60,979 bases of DNA from a virus. Below, in pieces: positions 15,821 through 26,415 of this stretch. The position numbers and the translations under genes were made by a program. The stretch covers positions 1 through 60,979 of the IMG/VR virus record IMGVR_UViG_3300027904_000002; one strand, written 5' to 3'. Position 1 is the stretch's first letter. Each line of letters starts with the position of its first letter. The notes beneath the pieces are model-generated. The model was given only the letters and a program-made list of their open reading frames with translations. It was not told where the DNA came from and searched no databases.

Positions 15821-18800
15821 GTTTTAAACACCACCTTACCCGCTTGTAAAGATGAATCGTTGATACCATTACGGATTATTCTAAGCAGTAACTTTTCGTT
15901 AAAGTACCCTGCCATTTCTTGATTCATTATAGCGTCAATCAATTCTTCAAGTAAACTATTTGTAGTTTGTTGTTCCGCATATAAATCATCAAGCCTTTTG
16001 CTGTCAAAATCAACTGCACCACCGTACTCGCCACCCATTGTTCGACCTTTTTCAACTAATGCACTTATCGTAGAACCGCTTATAAGCCCTCCTCTGGGCA
16101 TTTCGGGTAACTTGAGTTGAATATCGCTTATAGCTGTTAAAGCTTCGTACAGGCGATTTATTTCAACGAGAACATCATCTACAAAGCCTTTGAATAAATC
16201 ACGCCATGAATCAAGCATATGCTCTATAGCCATTATCGGTGAATCTTCTTCATCTTCCATGCCCTTAAACAAGCCTTGCATTAAAAATTGACCTATTTTA
16301 GCAAATACTACGGAGGGTGATTTTACACCGAATATGCCACTTACCGTATTAATAACAGAACTTGCTATATTGCTAACAACATTAAACACTGCACTTGCCA
16401 TGCTTGAAATACCGTTTGCTAATCCGCTCATTAAGTTAGAGCCGATTGTTTTCATGTTATTTACAAGACCGCTAAAGAAGTTTTGTACACTATTGCCTAT
16501 AGTTTGTGCAGCATTAACAACCGTTGATTTTGCTTTTGTCATTGCATTTGACATATTAGTAATTGTAGCTCTGCCAGTTTCAGTAAACCATTCTCTGGCA
16601 TTGCTAAATGCGTCTTTTACGTCATTCCAACGATTTGTAAAGAATTGTTTTGTGCCACTCCATGCTTTTTCAACACCATCTTTTGCACTTTTGAATTTAT
16701 CTGTAAACCATTCTCCGACATTTTTAAATACGTCTGTAATTCCATTCCAAATATCAGTAAACAATTTGATTACATTTTCTATTAATTTTGAAATACCCTC
16801 AAGCATACCCTCAATTATCCATCCACCAATTTCAGCCATTACAGTAGACGGTGATTTTATGCCAAATAAACCTTTTAAAGCGTCTATAATAGGAGCAAAT
16901 ATATTTTCTCTTATCCAAGTAAACGGATTCGGCATACCGTCTAAAATCCCACCAAATAATCCGTTGATTATATCCCACCCGATTTCCATAATTATAAACG
17001 GAAGCTCTAACATTGTTGTTACGATATAATCAACGATTCCTACTACGATTTTCCCTATGCCCTGCCATGCAGTTTCCCAATCGCCTGTAAATACACCGAC
17101 AAGAAAATCAATAATTCCACCTAAAAGATATAAAAATGGTTCAAGAATATCCATTATAAGATTAAATGCACCCTTTACAGCAGCAACGATACCTCTAAAT
17201 ACGCCTTTTACAACTTCCCATAAAACGTTAAGCACCATTTTTAAGTTTTCAAAATCAATAATCCCATCATCTATTGCTTTTTTTACAATCAGGAAAACAG
17301 CAACAATACCTGCGATTACAGCAATAATTTTAGCAAAAGGTATCAATAAAGCAATAGCACTTTTACCTAATAAAGCAAAAGCAAATCCCGTCAGAGCTGC
17401 TTTTGCTAATAGCGGAACTATAATACCTGCCAATAATCCAAATACAGTTACAGCAGTGCTTATTTTCATTATCAAACTTCCAATATCAACATCGTTTTCT
17501 TTTATCCACTCCGCTAATCTTTCAAATGCGTTTGCAATCCAATCTATTACAGCAGGTAGTGTTGTTTCAGCTAATTTTGTAAACATAGGCAATAAAGTAT
17601 TTTCCCATGCGTCAGCAAGGCTATCTAAAATAACAGTAGCCAATTTATTAAATGCTATAAGCAATCTTTCAACACTTTCCAATAATGGACTTGCATTAAG
17701 TGTTTTCGCCCATTCAGCAGTAGATTTTGTAATCCTGTCGATAAACCCTAATACTAAAAGCAATAAATCAAGGATATGCCCCCAAATTCTCACACCTAAT
17801 TCATTTTCATTCCACGCTACTCTAAATCGCTCAACCAAATTCTCAACAAAATTAGCAATATTTGTTATTATTTGAAGTATAAATGCAAATATACGCACAC
17901 CACGTTCATTTTCATTCCAAGCTTTAATAAACGCTTCACCTATATCGTTAGCAAATCCCAAGATAGAAGTCATTGCTCTTGTGATAGCCAAAAGCATGTT
18001 ATATCCTCTGTCGTTTTCATTCCAAGCTTTTCTAAATGCGTCACCTATATAATGAATCAAATCAGCAATCAATATCAATGTTCTTGCTACTTCATCTAAA
18101 AACTTATCCCAAGTAGCAGACGCAAATAGCCTTGCCAAATCATTCATAACGTCAATCAGTAAATCTCTTACTGTCGTCATTGCACGTTTCCAAGCTTCTA
18201 CAATAGCTTCACCGTGACGCTCCCACATGCGTACTAATGAGTTCCAAAATTCTTGAGCCATATTTTTTAATGCATCCCATAAAGGCTCAAGCCAATCTAA
18301 TAGCTTTTTAAACCATTCGGGAACTTCGGGTAATTCAAAATCAAAATCGGGAATCAAATCAGACATATCCGTATCTTCTGCTTTTGAACTAACTACAATC
18401 AATTCATCAAATGGTGCTAAAAATCGTTCTAATGCTTTTGCACCCGCTTTAGAAGCTTTAACATTTTCCCACATTGCTTTTGCGTTTTTCTTCATTATGT
18501 TAGGGTCTAATTTGAAAAAGTAAGAAGCCATTACAGCTAAATATTGCATTGCTTTAGCAAGTAAATTTACAAAGTGCAATAAAATAGGTACTATTACTTC
18601 AAAAAATGGTTGAAATGCGGTTAATGCAGAGCCTTTAAGCAATGCCAAAGCCGACCTAAATTCTGTTGTAACCATCAAGGCTTCATTTACATACCGCACA
18701 TATTCCCTTAGTTTTCTGCGTATTTGATTAAACACCATAGCAGTAACAGCTAAACCAATCAGACGAGCGTTTAGCTTGCCAAATGCACTATTTGCTTTAT

Positions 18801-20097
18801 TTGTTTCTCTTGTAGTTTGTTTCATACTACGATTTACAGTAAATAGATTTTTTATAAGCCTACCTGTAAATCTAACAGCATTGCCAAATGCTTGTCTTAC
18901 TCTTTTTCCAAATGCTGATATGCTTCTTTCAATAAATTTCAAAGCATAGAACATCCTAAAAGATACTTCAACGCCTTTTAACTTTTCCTTGTTTGCCATT
19001 GATTGCTGTTCTTTATAGAAACCAAGTGTGCCGGATAATTCTTTTAGTTTTTGTTCTAATCTGCCATATTCGGTACTTGCCTGTCTTGCATTTTTTGAAG
19101 CTTGCTCAATAGCTTCAACCTCTTTCATTGAAGTAACTTTTTCGGGTACGGTTATAGGTTTTTCCATAACCTGCCTTAACGCACCCATTCTGTTCTTTAG
19201 CTTTTCAATTTGCAATTCAGTACGCTTAATAGCACTTTCAGCTTGACTAAACGACATAACAGATTTAGCACTAACTTCTTGAGATACTTGTGATATTTTA
19301 CCCAAAGATTCTGTAGTGCTATCTACAGAATTTTTTAATGCTTGTGTTATAACAGGTTCAACAGGTTTGGTTTCTACTCTTTGTTCAAGTGCTTTAACAA
19401 TTTGTTGTGAAGCTTTTATTTCAGCACTTACTCTATGGTCGATTCTCCGCATTGCGTCAGCGTGAAGTTGAGCGTCAGCTTGTGCTTCTTGTTGATGTCG
19501 TGCTTGCATATCTGCCATAGCTTGTTTTCGGGCATTAGCACGTTCCAACTCTTTTTGCGTTAAAGATTGTTGTTTTTGTTCCTCTTGCGTCAACAATCCC
19601 AACCGTTGACCGATTGCTTGAACGTCTGCGGTAATTGCACCTGTAGATTCTTGTCGCAACCTGTGTTGTTCTAATATTCTCGCATTTTCTTCACGGGCGA
19701 ATTCAATTCGTTTTTGTTCATCTCTCTCAAATGCTGTAGATGCTTCACCTAACTTTTTAAAGCTATCTGTAGTTTGATTAATTGGTGATTCTAACTTCTT
19801 TATATCATTTCCAATGTTGCCTAATGTTTTTGGAATAGGTGTCAAAGCATTTTCCATGCCTTGAAATGCAGCTGTTATAATTCCAGACGTTTTATCAGCA
19901 GAATTTTGTACTTCTGTTAAACTCTGCTCTACGCTTTTAGTGTTTAATTCTGCACCAACAACAACTTTAGGTGGCTCAAACTTTCCAATTTTAGCCAACT
20001 TGTCTTGTAGTTTATTTATTTCATCGTCTATGCCAGTTGTGTCAAGCTTTACATCAATTTTTACAGAACCGTCTGCCACTGTTTCACCACTTTTCAT
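15817..20097 (-). CDS. Tail tape measure protein
   Basis: 1426 aa. Coiled-coil N-terminal third, hydrophobic central segments, and a threefold AWNEN(D/E)RG / AWNENELG repeat. It lies downstream of the chaperone-position genes. Confidence 0.9.
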   Translation of the reverse strand: MKSGETVADGSVKIDVKLDTTGIDDEINKLQDKLAKIGKFEPPKVVVGAELNTKSVEQSLTEVQNSADKTSGIITAAFQGMENALTPIPKTLGNIGNDIKKLESPINQTTDSFKKLGEASTAFERDEQKRIEFAREENARILEQHRLRQESTGAITADVQAIGQRLGLLTQEEQKQQSLTQKELERANARKQAMADMQARHQQEAQADAQLHADAMRRIDHRVSAEIKASQQIVKALEQRVETKPVEPVITQALKNSVDSTTESLGKISQVSQEVSAKSVMSFSQAESAIKRTELQIEKLKNRMGALRQVMEKPITVPEKVTSMKEVEAIEQASKNARQASTEYGRLEQKLKELSGTLGFYKEQQSMANKEKLKGVEVSFRMFYALKFIERSISAFGKRVRQAFGNAVRFTGRLIKNLFTVNRSMKQTTRETNKANSAFGKLNARLIGLAVTAMVFNQIRRKLREYVRYVNEALMVTTEFRSALALLKGSALTAFQPFFEVIVPILLHFVNLLAKAMQYLAVMASYFFKLDPNIMKKNAKAMWENVKASKAGAKALERFLAPFDELIVVSSKAEDTDMSDLIPDFDFELPEVPEWFKKLLDWLEPLWDALKNMAQEFWNSLVRMWERHGEAIVEAWKRAMTTVRDLLIDVMNDLARLFASATWDKFLDEVARTLILIADLIHYIGDAFRKAWNENDRGYNMLLAITRAMTSILGFANDIGEAFIKAWNENERGVRIFAFILQIITNIANFVENLVERFRVAWNENELGVRIWGHILDLLLLVLGFIDRITKSTAEWAKTLNASPLLESVERLLIAFNKLATVILDSLADAWENTLLPMFTKLAETTLPAVIDWIANAFERLAEWIKENDVDIGSLIMKISTAVTVFGLLAGIIVPLLAKAALTGFAFALLGKSAIALLIPFAKIIAVIAGIVAVFLIVKKAIDDGIIDFENLKMVLNVLWEVVKGVFRGIVAAVKGAFNLIMDILEPFLYLLGGIIDFLVGVFTGDWETAWQGIGKIVVGIVDYIVTTMLELPFIIMEIGWDIINGLFGGILDGMPNPFTWIRENIFAPIIDALKGLFGIKSPSTVMAEIGGWIIEGMLEGISKLIENVIKLFTDIWNGITDVFKNVGEWFTDKFKSAKDGVEKAWSGTKQFFTNRWNDVKDAFSNAREWFTETGRATITNMSNAMTKAKSTVVNAAQTIGNSVQNFFSGLVNNMKTIGSNLMSGLANGISSMASAVFNVVSNIASSVINTVSGIFGVKSPSVVFAKIGQFLMQGLFKGMEDEEDSPIMAIEHMLDSWRDLFKGFVDDVLVEINRLYEALTAISDIQLKLPEMPRGGLISGSTISALVEKGRTMGGEYGGAVDFDSKRLDDLYAEQQTTNSLLEELIDAIMNQEMAGYFNEKLLLRIIRNGINDSSLQAGKVVFKT

Positions 20098-20125
20098 TGA
20101 CTTTTTGGTTTATATGTGGTATAAT
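20097..20125 (+). promoter_or_regulatory. Promoter of the HNH cassette
   Basis: TTGACT (20097-20102), 17 nt, TGgTATAAT (-10 at 20120-20125). Confidence 0.65.
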
Positions 20126-20151
20126 ACCATCAAAAATAAGGAGATTTATTT

Positions 20152-20898
20152 ATGGAAATTTGGAAACCCATTGTTGGATTTGAGGATTCATTTGAAGTTT
20201 CAAACTATGGTAATCATAGACGCATTGCATATCATCACACTAACGCAAGAAATCAATTACCCTTAAAAACTGTATTAAGACAACAGAAAGCAAGAGATGG
20301 ATATATGCATATGCCTATAAATTATAATGGTCACAAAAGGGCATATCCTGCACATAGAATTGTTGCTCAAGCATTTATTCCTAATCCTAATAATTATCCA
20401 CATATAAATCATAAAGACGGTAATAAACAAAACAATTATGTTGATAATTTAGAATGGGTTACACCATCTATGAATCAGAACCATTCTGTTAAGATAGGTA
20501 CTTTTACCCCAAGAAAACCACCGTATAAACCCGTTGGTAAATTTGATAAAGATATGAAATTATTGGAAATTTATGAAAATTCATATAAAGCTGCGGAATC
20601 TGTTGATGGATTTGCGACTAAAATCAGAGCATGTTGTTTTGGAATTATTAAAACATATAAAACTTTTGTTTTTAAGTTTGTCGATGAAAATGGAAACATC
20701 TTGACTCCCAAAAAAGAGGGAGGTAAAAAGGCTGTAAATCAATATGATAAAGATGGGAATTTTATAAGACGGTATGATACAATAAAACAAGCAAGTTTAG
20801 ATGTTGGTGTAAACAGTAATCAGATAGTATGTTGTTGTAAAAAACGCAAATATTTTAAAACAGGTGGTGGCTATATCTGGGAATATGCTGATAATTAA
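20152..20898 (+). CDS. HNH homing endonuclease (NUMOD4-like N-terminus, HNH_3 core, C-terminal HTH-like repeats)
   Basis: MEIWKPIVGFEDSFEVSNYGN, then HRIVAQAFIPNPNNYPHINHKDGNKQNNYVDNLEWVT. It lies on the opposite strand, between the tape measure and chaperone genes. Confidence 0.8.
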   Translation: MEIWKPIVGFEDSFEVSNYGNHRRIAYHHTNARNQLPLKTVLRQQKARDGYMHMPINYNGHKRAYPAHRIVAQAFIPNPNNYPHINHKDGNKQNNYVDNLEWVTPSMNQNHSVKIGTFTPRKPPYKPVGKFDKDMKLLEIYENSYKAAESVDGFATKIRACCFGIIKTYKTFVFKFVDENGNILTPKKEGGKKAVNQYDKDGNFIRRYDTIKQASLDVGVNSNQIVCCCKKRKYFKTGGGYIWEYADN

Positions 20899-21554
20899 AG
20901 TGGAGGTAATCCTTGTTCCGCTCTTATGCGGTTTTTTTCTGCCAAAAATTCATCTTCGTGTTGTTTTTCAGCTTTCAACTTGCGTACGTCAACCATTCGC
21001 ACCATATCCATGCCCCAAACGGATTCAGCTTCTTTTTTCTCATTTTTATATTCTTTTTTGTCTAATTTTTTATCTCTATAAAGTGACCTTATGTAAAGCA
21101 ATCGGTTATATGGAGCTTCAACGGTTGCAATCAACCTTATCTTTTGCATTAATTCGGGGTAACTCATTTTGCCAATTTCAAATGGATTAATATTATATGG
21201 TGGTATCAATGATAATGCGTCACGAATCAATACTATATCGGTACTCCAATTTATTAGTGGAGGCTTATTGCTTTCTTTATCTATTTCAGATATACGGGCG
21301 TATTTAATAAAATATTCTGTAAGTTCATCTAAAACGTCTTTTACTTCCTGTTTGTCTATGTTAAAAACATCAAACTCACGATTTAACATTAAATCATATG
21401 CTATAGATATTGCGGTCAAATCTGACATTTCACCGTCTTTTGCAAGCCTAAACGCTTCTTGTGTTTTGACCGCTTGTTCTGCACCAACGTTTATAGGTAT
21501 TTCCGCACCTTTAACGGTGATAGTAGTCTGTATAGACTCTATGAGTTCAAACAT
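20895..21554 (-). CDS. Tail assembly chaperone-position protein (second)
   Basis: 219 aa, immediately upstream of the tape measure region. The call is positional. Confidence 0.45.
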   Translation of the reverse strand: MFELIESIQTTITVKGAEIPINVGAEQAVKTQEAFRLAKDGEMSDLTAISIAYDLMLNREFDVFNIDKQEVKDVLDELTEYFIKYARISEIDKESNKPPLINWSTDIVLIRDALSLIPPYNINPFEIGKMSYPELMQKIRLIATVEAPYNRLLYIRSLYRDKKLDKKEYKNEKKEAESVWGMDMVRMVDVRKLKAEKQHEDEFLAEKNRIRAEQGLPPL

Positions 21555-21555
21555 T

Positions 21556-22053
21556 TTATTTGTTTGCTAAAAACGCTTGTTTTTCAGCCTTTACCTGTTC
21601 GGCTTTCGCTTTCCGATTTTCCATTTCCTCTAAGTTAGCTTTGGTTTTAGCAACTTCATTAAACCAATCCATAGCTTGCCTTACGGTTTCCAAAAGTTCT
21701 TTAATGCCTTGCTGTTCGATTCCGCTATATTTAAAAACAAATTTTGCCGCACCATCACCGAAAATGCTGTCAAAATGATAGTCTATTTTTTCACTTAAAC
21801 TTGAAAAACGTTTAATAGCTTCGCTAACTTCATTTTCATTATCTTCATTAAAATCGGTAATGTTTTCCTCTTTTATATTTTCAAGTGCAAAGATGTGCTG
21901 ATATATACCCTTATCATTAGGATTAAAATACAACGTCTTTACAATATCACCATCAATAGAATTTTTTACAATGTACTCAATAGGTATACGCTCGTCTTGT
22001 GTTACTACCTTAAATTGTGGCATTTCCAACCCTTTATTTGCCTTTTTGCTCAT
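21556..22053 (-). CDS. Tail assembly chaperone-position protein (first)
   Basis: 165 aa, acidic. The call is positional. Confidence 0.45.
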   Translation of the reverse strand: MSKKANKGLEMPQFKVVTQDERIPIEYIVKNSIDGDIVKTLYFNPNDKGIYQHIFALENIKEENITDFNEDNENEVSEAIKRFSSLSEKIDYHFDSIFGDGAAKFVFKYSGIEQQGIKELLETVRQAMDWFNEVAKTKANLEEMENRKAKAEQVKAEKQAFLANK

Positions 22054-22114
22054 ATCGCCTTATCTCCCTTTTTAAATTGAGGGGCGATTTATCACCGCCC
22101 CCATGTTTGATTAA

Positions 22115-22288
22115 TTAGTTTTCCTCTGCTATTTTAACGTCTGAATCGTCATGCAACCACGACTTTTTATCCTTTTTACTTGGCTTAACGGGTGAATCAA
22201 CATTGTCCGTCACTATTGCAACTCTTTGTTTAACTTCACCGCCAAGAAGGGGTAATCCTACGCTTTCACGATATTCGTTTAAAGTCAT
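22115..22288 (-). CDS. Small ORF (57 aa) between the major tail and chaperone genes
   Basis: ATG 22288 to TAA 22115-22117 (MTLNEYRESVGLPLLGGEVKQRVAIVTDNV...). It is followed by the hairpin ggggcg/cgcccc at 22081-22101. Confidence 0.4.
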   Translation of the reverse strand: MTLNEYRESVGLPLLGGEVKQRVAIVTDNVDSPVKPSKKDKKSWLHDDSDVKIAEEN

Positions 22289-22303
22289 ATCCGCACCGCC
22301 TGA

Positions 22304-22879
22304 TTAAGCAGCTGCAAATTGGAATGATTCTGTCGGAATATCAAAACGTGGATATGCAGTTGTGCTTGTCGGATTTGCGTCTGTGGGTGTGCCTGTGATT
22401 TTAAGCGTAAACGGAATGTCTACACCGTCAGTTGACTCTCCACCGATACCTTGTATCAAAAGAACGCAATCTTGCACGTTTGCAAACATTACTTTCATCG
22501 GAGCGTCACCAAGCTTTTCAAGGTACACCTCACCATATTGTGCTTGAATATCGTCAAGACCTTTACGCTTGAAGTACATATCAAGCAATTGATGTGTGAG
22601 GGGGTCTCCCGCTCTTGCAATGTACTTGTCAACATCTACAGTAACCGCAGTCATAACGTTTGAAGATGTCATTTCCTCACGCACGTTCATTTCATCGGTT
22701 TCTTCCCAATCGGGTTCTGCGGAAGCGTCTGTATTATCCCTCATTAAAGCATACGTGCGCTTTGCAGTACCTACAGTAAGTATTAAATATTGTCTGAACC
22801 AACTTCTGGTTGACTTAGGGTCGCCCGGAAAGGGGTTCAGTAATTGGCTGTTAGCACCAATTTCGCCAATACCACTCAT
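22304..22879 (-). CDS. Major tail protein candidate
   Basis: 191 aa. It sits after four connector-size genes and before the chaperones and tape measure. Confidence 0.55.
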   Translation of the reverse strand: MSGIGEIGANSQLLNPFPGDPKSTRSWFRQYLILTVGTAKRTYALMRDNTDASAEPDWEETDEMNVREEMTSSNVMTAVTVDVDKYIARAGDPLTHQLLDMYFKRKGLDDIQAQYGEVYLEKLGDAPMKVMFANVQDCVLLIQGIGGESTDGVDIPFTLKITGTPTDANPTSTTAYPRFDIPTESFQFAAA

Positions 22880-22947
22880 TATTATATTCTCCTTGTCTTA
22901 GTATTTTTGTTTATATCATCAACTGTATCAGTACATACAGCTAATTT

Positions 22948-23424
22948 CTAAGTAATATCAAAATCAAAATGTAAGCTGATAAGGTACTCTCGCAACCGTA
23001 TTCCACTTATTTCTAATGCAAGTGACGGATAACCACCATTTGCACTCATGATTTCATAGCTTGTATCACTGAATTTTGGTAATAATGGATTTGCGTTTGG
23101 TGTATTGCGGTCGCTATCAGATTTGTTTATCCAATCTAAGAATCTCGGCAATGCTACCGCTATATAAAATCTTTCATCGTCCAATTCCGCAGGTCTGCGG
23201 AATATAAGATTATAATTAGCACGTTTACGCAAAAATACCAATTCATCACGCACATTTGTTTGCCTTGTTACAATGTTTTCACCAACAGGGATTATCATGT
23301 TTCCGCTTGTTTCTCTTGCAGGGTCAATATCAATGGTGTCAAGAATGTCTATACATTCACCTTGCCAAACAGGTACAGGGCATGATAACAAAAAAGCGTG
23401 TATTTGTTCTATTCGGCTTGGCAT
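22948..23424 (-). CDS. Head-tail joining/tail terminator-position protein
   Basis: 158 aa. Start and stop codons overlap those of its neighbour. The call is positional. Confidence 0.45.
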   Translation of the reverse strand: MPSRIEQIHAFLLSCPVPVWQGECIDILDTIDIDPARETSGNMIIPVGENIVTRQTNVRDELVFLRKRANYNLIFRRPAELDDERFYIAVALPRFLDWINKSDSDRNTPNANPLLPKFSDTSYEIMSANGGYPSLALEISGIRLREYLISLHFDFDIT

Positions 23425-23831
23425 TATACTACCCCACTGTTTATGTGCTGTTCAAATTCTGCGGTCAATACAGGCATATCATTCGCTATTATATTATTTG
23501 ACCAATATGCATTTGATAACGGATTTGTATATCGCTGTATAAATCTTTCACCAAACAAACTTCTACCTGTCCAAAGCCAGACCGCTTGATACGGATAACC
23601 GCTTTCGGGGTCTGCTTCAAATATGAGTTCGCCTGTACCAAACTGATTCGGGTCGTTTAATGACCGATTGTGATTTAGGAAATCACCATACTCAAACGGA
23701 ACATATTTTTCCATAGCATACCAGACTTTTTCATCCCACGCTTTTTGTGCAGGTGATTGTATGCCAAAACGCTCTTGTAAACTCGGTAAAATGTTATCTA
23801 TTTCAATTTCAGTTTGAAATGTGATTTTCAT
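23424..23831 (-). CDS. Head-tail joining protein (positional)
   Basis: 135-aa ORF in the connector block. Confidence 0.45.
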   Translation of the reverse strand: MKITFQTEIEIDNILPSLQERFGIQSPAQKAWDEKVWYAMEKYVPFEYGDFLNHNRSLNDPNQFGTGELIFEADPESGYPYQAVWLWTGRSLFGERFIQRYTNPLSNAYWSNNIIANDMPVLTAEFEQHINSGVV

Positions 23832-23833
23832 AT

Positions 23834-24319
23834 CTACGCCCTAATCAAAATGTGACTTGCTTTCGGCGAAACATCGAATTGGTGATTTTCGTAACCTGCA
23901 ATGCGAGTTGACCCATCTATCCAATCAAACCGTCTGCCACTTGGTACATTCTGTGTGATAATATCACGTTCTATGTTGGTAATCTCTGCATTTGTACCTG
24001 CGGGTATTTCAAGTTGAACAGCTTGTGGTATTATAACAGTATTTGTACTACCACCTACTTGTAAAGACCAAAAACCGTCAAGTTCATCCTCTGGTTTCGC
24101 TAACCATTCGTGATAGGGTATAAAAGTTAGCTGTGGTGTGTCAAATATCATGTATAAGTTAGCTTGATTTAAAATAACACCTGTTCTGATAGCTGTTGAT
24201 TCACGTTCTGATGTAAATACCGTTTCGGGTAAAATGCGTGGGATTAACTTAATGAGTCCTGTGGTTTTATGTACCCATCGTATTAAAACTGTTACAGGTC
24301 TGCGATAACGTCCGCTCAT
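23834..24319 (-). CDS. Head-tail joining protein (positional)
   Basis: 161-aa ORF in the connector block. Confidence 0.45.
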   Translation of the reverse strand: MSGRYRRPVTVLIRWVHKTTGLIKLIPRILPETVFTSERESTAIRTGVILNQANLYMIFDTPQLTFIPYHEWLAKPEDELDGFWSLQVGGSTNTVIIPQAVQLEIPAGTNAEITNIERDIITQNVPSGRRFDWIDGSTRIAGYENHQFDVSPKASHILIRA

Positions 24320-24321
24320 GG

Positions 24322-24720
24322 TTATATACCTGCGTGTACAAGCAAGTTATGAAGCGGAGTAAACGCCAAATATACACCGATTGCGTCTCTTATTTGCTTT
24401 TCATATTCAGCTTTATCAGTTACATCTTTTAGCGTATATGAGTAACTAAACGCTTTTTCGCTTGTAACGTCACCTGCTTTTGGAGCATTACTTTTTTCAA
24501 ATTGAATGGTCGCCAATCTTGCAACGCACATCTTTAGATATAAGGGAAAGTCACCATTATCAATACGCAATTCATCTAATGGAACATTCCTCTTGTTAAC
24601 AACCGCCCATGCTTGAGATTCAAAATGCCCCCATGCGTTTCTTGTGATAGGTGGATTATCCATACCTGCCATGTACATTTCAGTATAAAATTGATATGAA
24701 ATGAACGGAACGTATGCCAT
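24322..24720 (-). CDS. Head-tail adaptor-position protein
   Basis: ATG 24720 lies 7 nt after aggtg. It is the first gene after the capsid gene. Confidence 0.45.
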   Translation of the reverse strand: MAYVPFISYQFYTEMYMAGMDNPPITRNAWGHFESQAWAVVNKRNVPLDELRIDNGDFPLYLKMCVARLATIQFEKSNAPKAGDVTSEKAFSYSYTLKDVTDKAEYEKQIRDAIGVYLAFTPLHNLLVHAGI

Positions 24721-24805
24721 GATAATCACCTTTCAAGATTATTGTTTGTATCTGCTGAGTATCGTGTACTGCCGACACTCAGCAGAGTTATGTTTTGTTA
24801 GTTAC

Positions 24806-25798
24806 TTATGGAGTCGTGGGCGCAGCTACACCCAAAAACGCAAACGGTACAGGATTATTGCTCATTTGTGTTACGGGGTCGAGTACCTGCCAGCCTAATC
24901 TCATGTGTAAGATAAGGGCTGTTTTGTTTTCTTGTGCAAGATTATGTGATTTCCCTGCACCGTCAACAATGATACCGTCACGAGTCGTTCTGTAGGTGAT
25001 TTCCTCACGAATTGAATATACAAGACGTGTGAAGTCAGCCATAAGCATTGAAGCTTTTGTATAATCCCATGAACCGTTACGCACAAACCAAAGCGGAAAA
25101 CCGCCAAGTGCAAAAGGTGTACCCTCTTGAAGTGTAGCGTTGGGTGCAAAAATCGGTCTACCGTCACCATCGACCATGCCTTGTAATCTTGCTCTCATTT
25201 GAACAGCAGATACAAGTCCTGTCGGAGCGTAATCGGTAAGTTCGATTTTTTCCATTACACCGCCAACACCGAATAAGTCAACATAATTGTTAGCTGTCGG
25301 TGTTACTACAAGACCGTTGGTGCTTGCTCTAAGCCAGAGTGAATCAATGTCTGCCCACTCAACAGGCTTATCTACTCCAAAAATGATTGCACGGTCAATC
25401 GCACGACCAAATTGTGAAGCGAATACAGGAATGTCACCACCGATAACATCATAGCCATTAGCGAGAGCGTCTGCTAAATCAGCGTCACGGAATACTTTAA
25501 TAGCGGCAAATTCGCCAGCTTTAAGTAAACGTGGCTCAAACTTTTGTGTGGTAACTTTCTTTGTGTTTGTTTTTACTGACGGGACTGCTCCACCCTCGTT
25601 GTAACCATCAACTGCAAACGCAGAAGGCAATTCGCTACGAACATCAAGCCAAGTTTCCCTTGCTATCATGTTACGCATACGAGTGAAGTTAGAGAGAACA
25701 ACAGATTCCCTCATTGTGTTTTCAATTACCCCTGCTATAAATTCGGGGTGTAACAACCCACCATACTGAGGATGGGATGTAAAAGTTTCTTGTGGCAT
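24806..25798 (-). CDS. Major capsid protein (HK97-fold type)
   Basis: 330 aa, directly after a scaffold-like gene. The size and sequence style (e.g. FAAIKVFRDADLADAL) are typical of HK97-like capsid proteins. Confidence 0.8.
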   Translation of the reverse strand: MPQETFTSHPQYGGLLHPEFIAGVIENTMRESVVLSNFTRMRNMIARETWLDVRSELPSAFAVDGYNEGGAVPSVKTNTKKVTTQKFEPRLLKAGEFAAIKVFRDADLADALANGYDVIGGDIPVFASQFGRAIDRAIIFGVDKPVEWADIDSLWLRASTNGLVVTPTANNYVDLFGVGGVMEKIELTDYAPTGLVSAVQMRARLQGMVDGDGRPIFAPNATLQEGTPFALGGFPLWFVRNGSWDYTKASMLMADFTRLVYSIREEITYRTTRDGIIVDGAGKSHNLAQENKTALILHMRLGWQVLDPVTQMSNNPVPFAFLGVAAPTTP

Positions 25799-25818
25799 TT
25801 CTTATAATCCTTTCTGAA

Positions 25819-26415
25819 TTAAGAGTGCCGCCCGAATAATGCTTGTGTATAATTAGTAGGCTTCTTTACGTTGTTTTTTGAATTTGTACCACCTACATAC
25901 AAAGCACCCTTAGGCGGTTCTGGTTTAGTTTCTACATCATCTTTTTTATAAGGATTTTTTTCAAAATATTCTTTAGCAGTTGTAGCAAAATCTTTTTCTT
26001 TTGTTACAAGTTTATCAATGCGTATAGAATAAATCTCAATATCCTCAGGGTCAGTCACTTGATATGATTGGACAATTTTGTGCTTTTCGTTAGTAGATTT
26101 ATAATCTTCCAATTCAGCAATTCTTTTATCCTTTTCTTGGATTATCATATCAGGTGTGATTTGTTTTTCTTTCCATTCGGTAGCCATTTTATTGATAGTT
26201 TCGGGGTCAAGTCCGCTTTGTTCAAGCATTGACTTAAATACACCCATCATCTTTTTTTCGGCTGCTTCAATGGCTTTTTGTTCTGCTTGTGATACTATCG
26301 CATTTGTATCAACGGGTGTTTGAACATTTATAACAGGTGTCGCCTGTGTACCGCCCACTTGTGGCGTTGTAGCCTGTACAGGTTGTACAGTTGTTTGTGT
26401 AGCTTGTTCGCTCAT
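25819..26415 (-). CDS. Scaffolding protein
   Basis: ATG 26415 follows ggaaagga. The protein is helical, charged and Gln/Thr-rich, and the gene lies immediately upstream of the capsid gene. Confidence 0.65.
   Translation of the reverse strand: MSEQATQTTVQPVQATTPQVGGTQATPVINVQTPVDTNAIVSQAEQKAIEAAEKKMMGVFKSMLEQSGLDPETINKMATEWKEKQITPDMIIQEKDKRIAELEDYKSTNEKHKIVQSYQVTDPEDIEIYSIRIDKLVTKEKDFATTAKEYFEKNPYKKDDVETKPEPPKGALYVGGTNSKNNVKKPTNYTQALFGRHS

Noticed and set aside
16334-17875. Long plus-strand ORFs (231 and 272 aa) inside the tape-measure gene.
   Set aside because: They are antisense to a 1426-aa gene with clear TMP features. Their translations are Ile/Asn/Phe/Ser low-complexity typical of the reverse strand of an AT-rich gene, and they have no SD.
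20895-22053. Programmed -1 frameshift producing a G/GT-type tail chaperone fusion.
   Set aside because: The two ORFs abut (stop at 21556-21558, ATG at 21554) without an overlapping extended frame. I saw no slippery heptamer near the junction.
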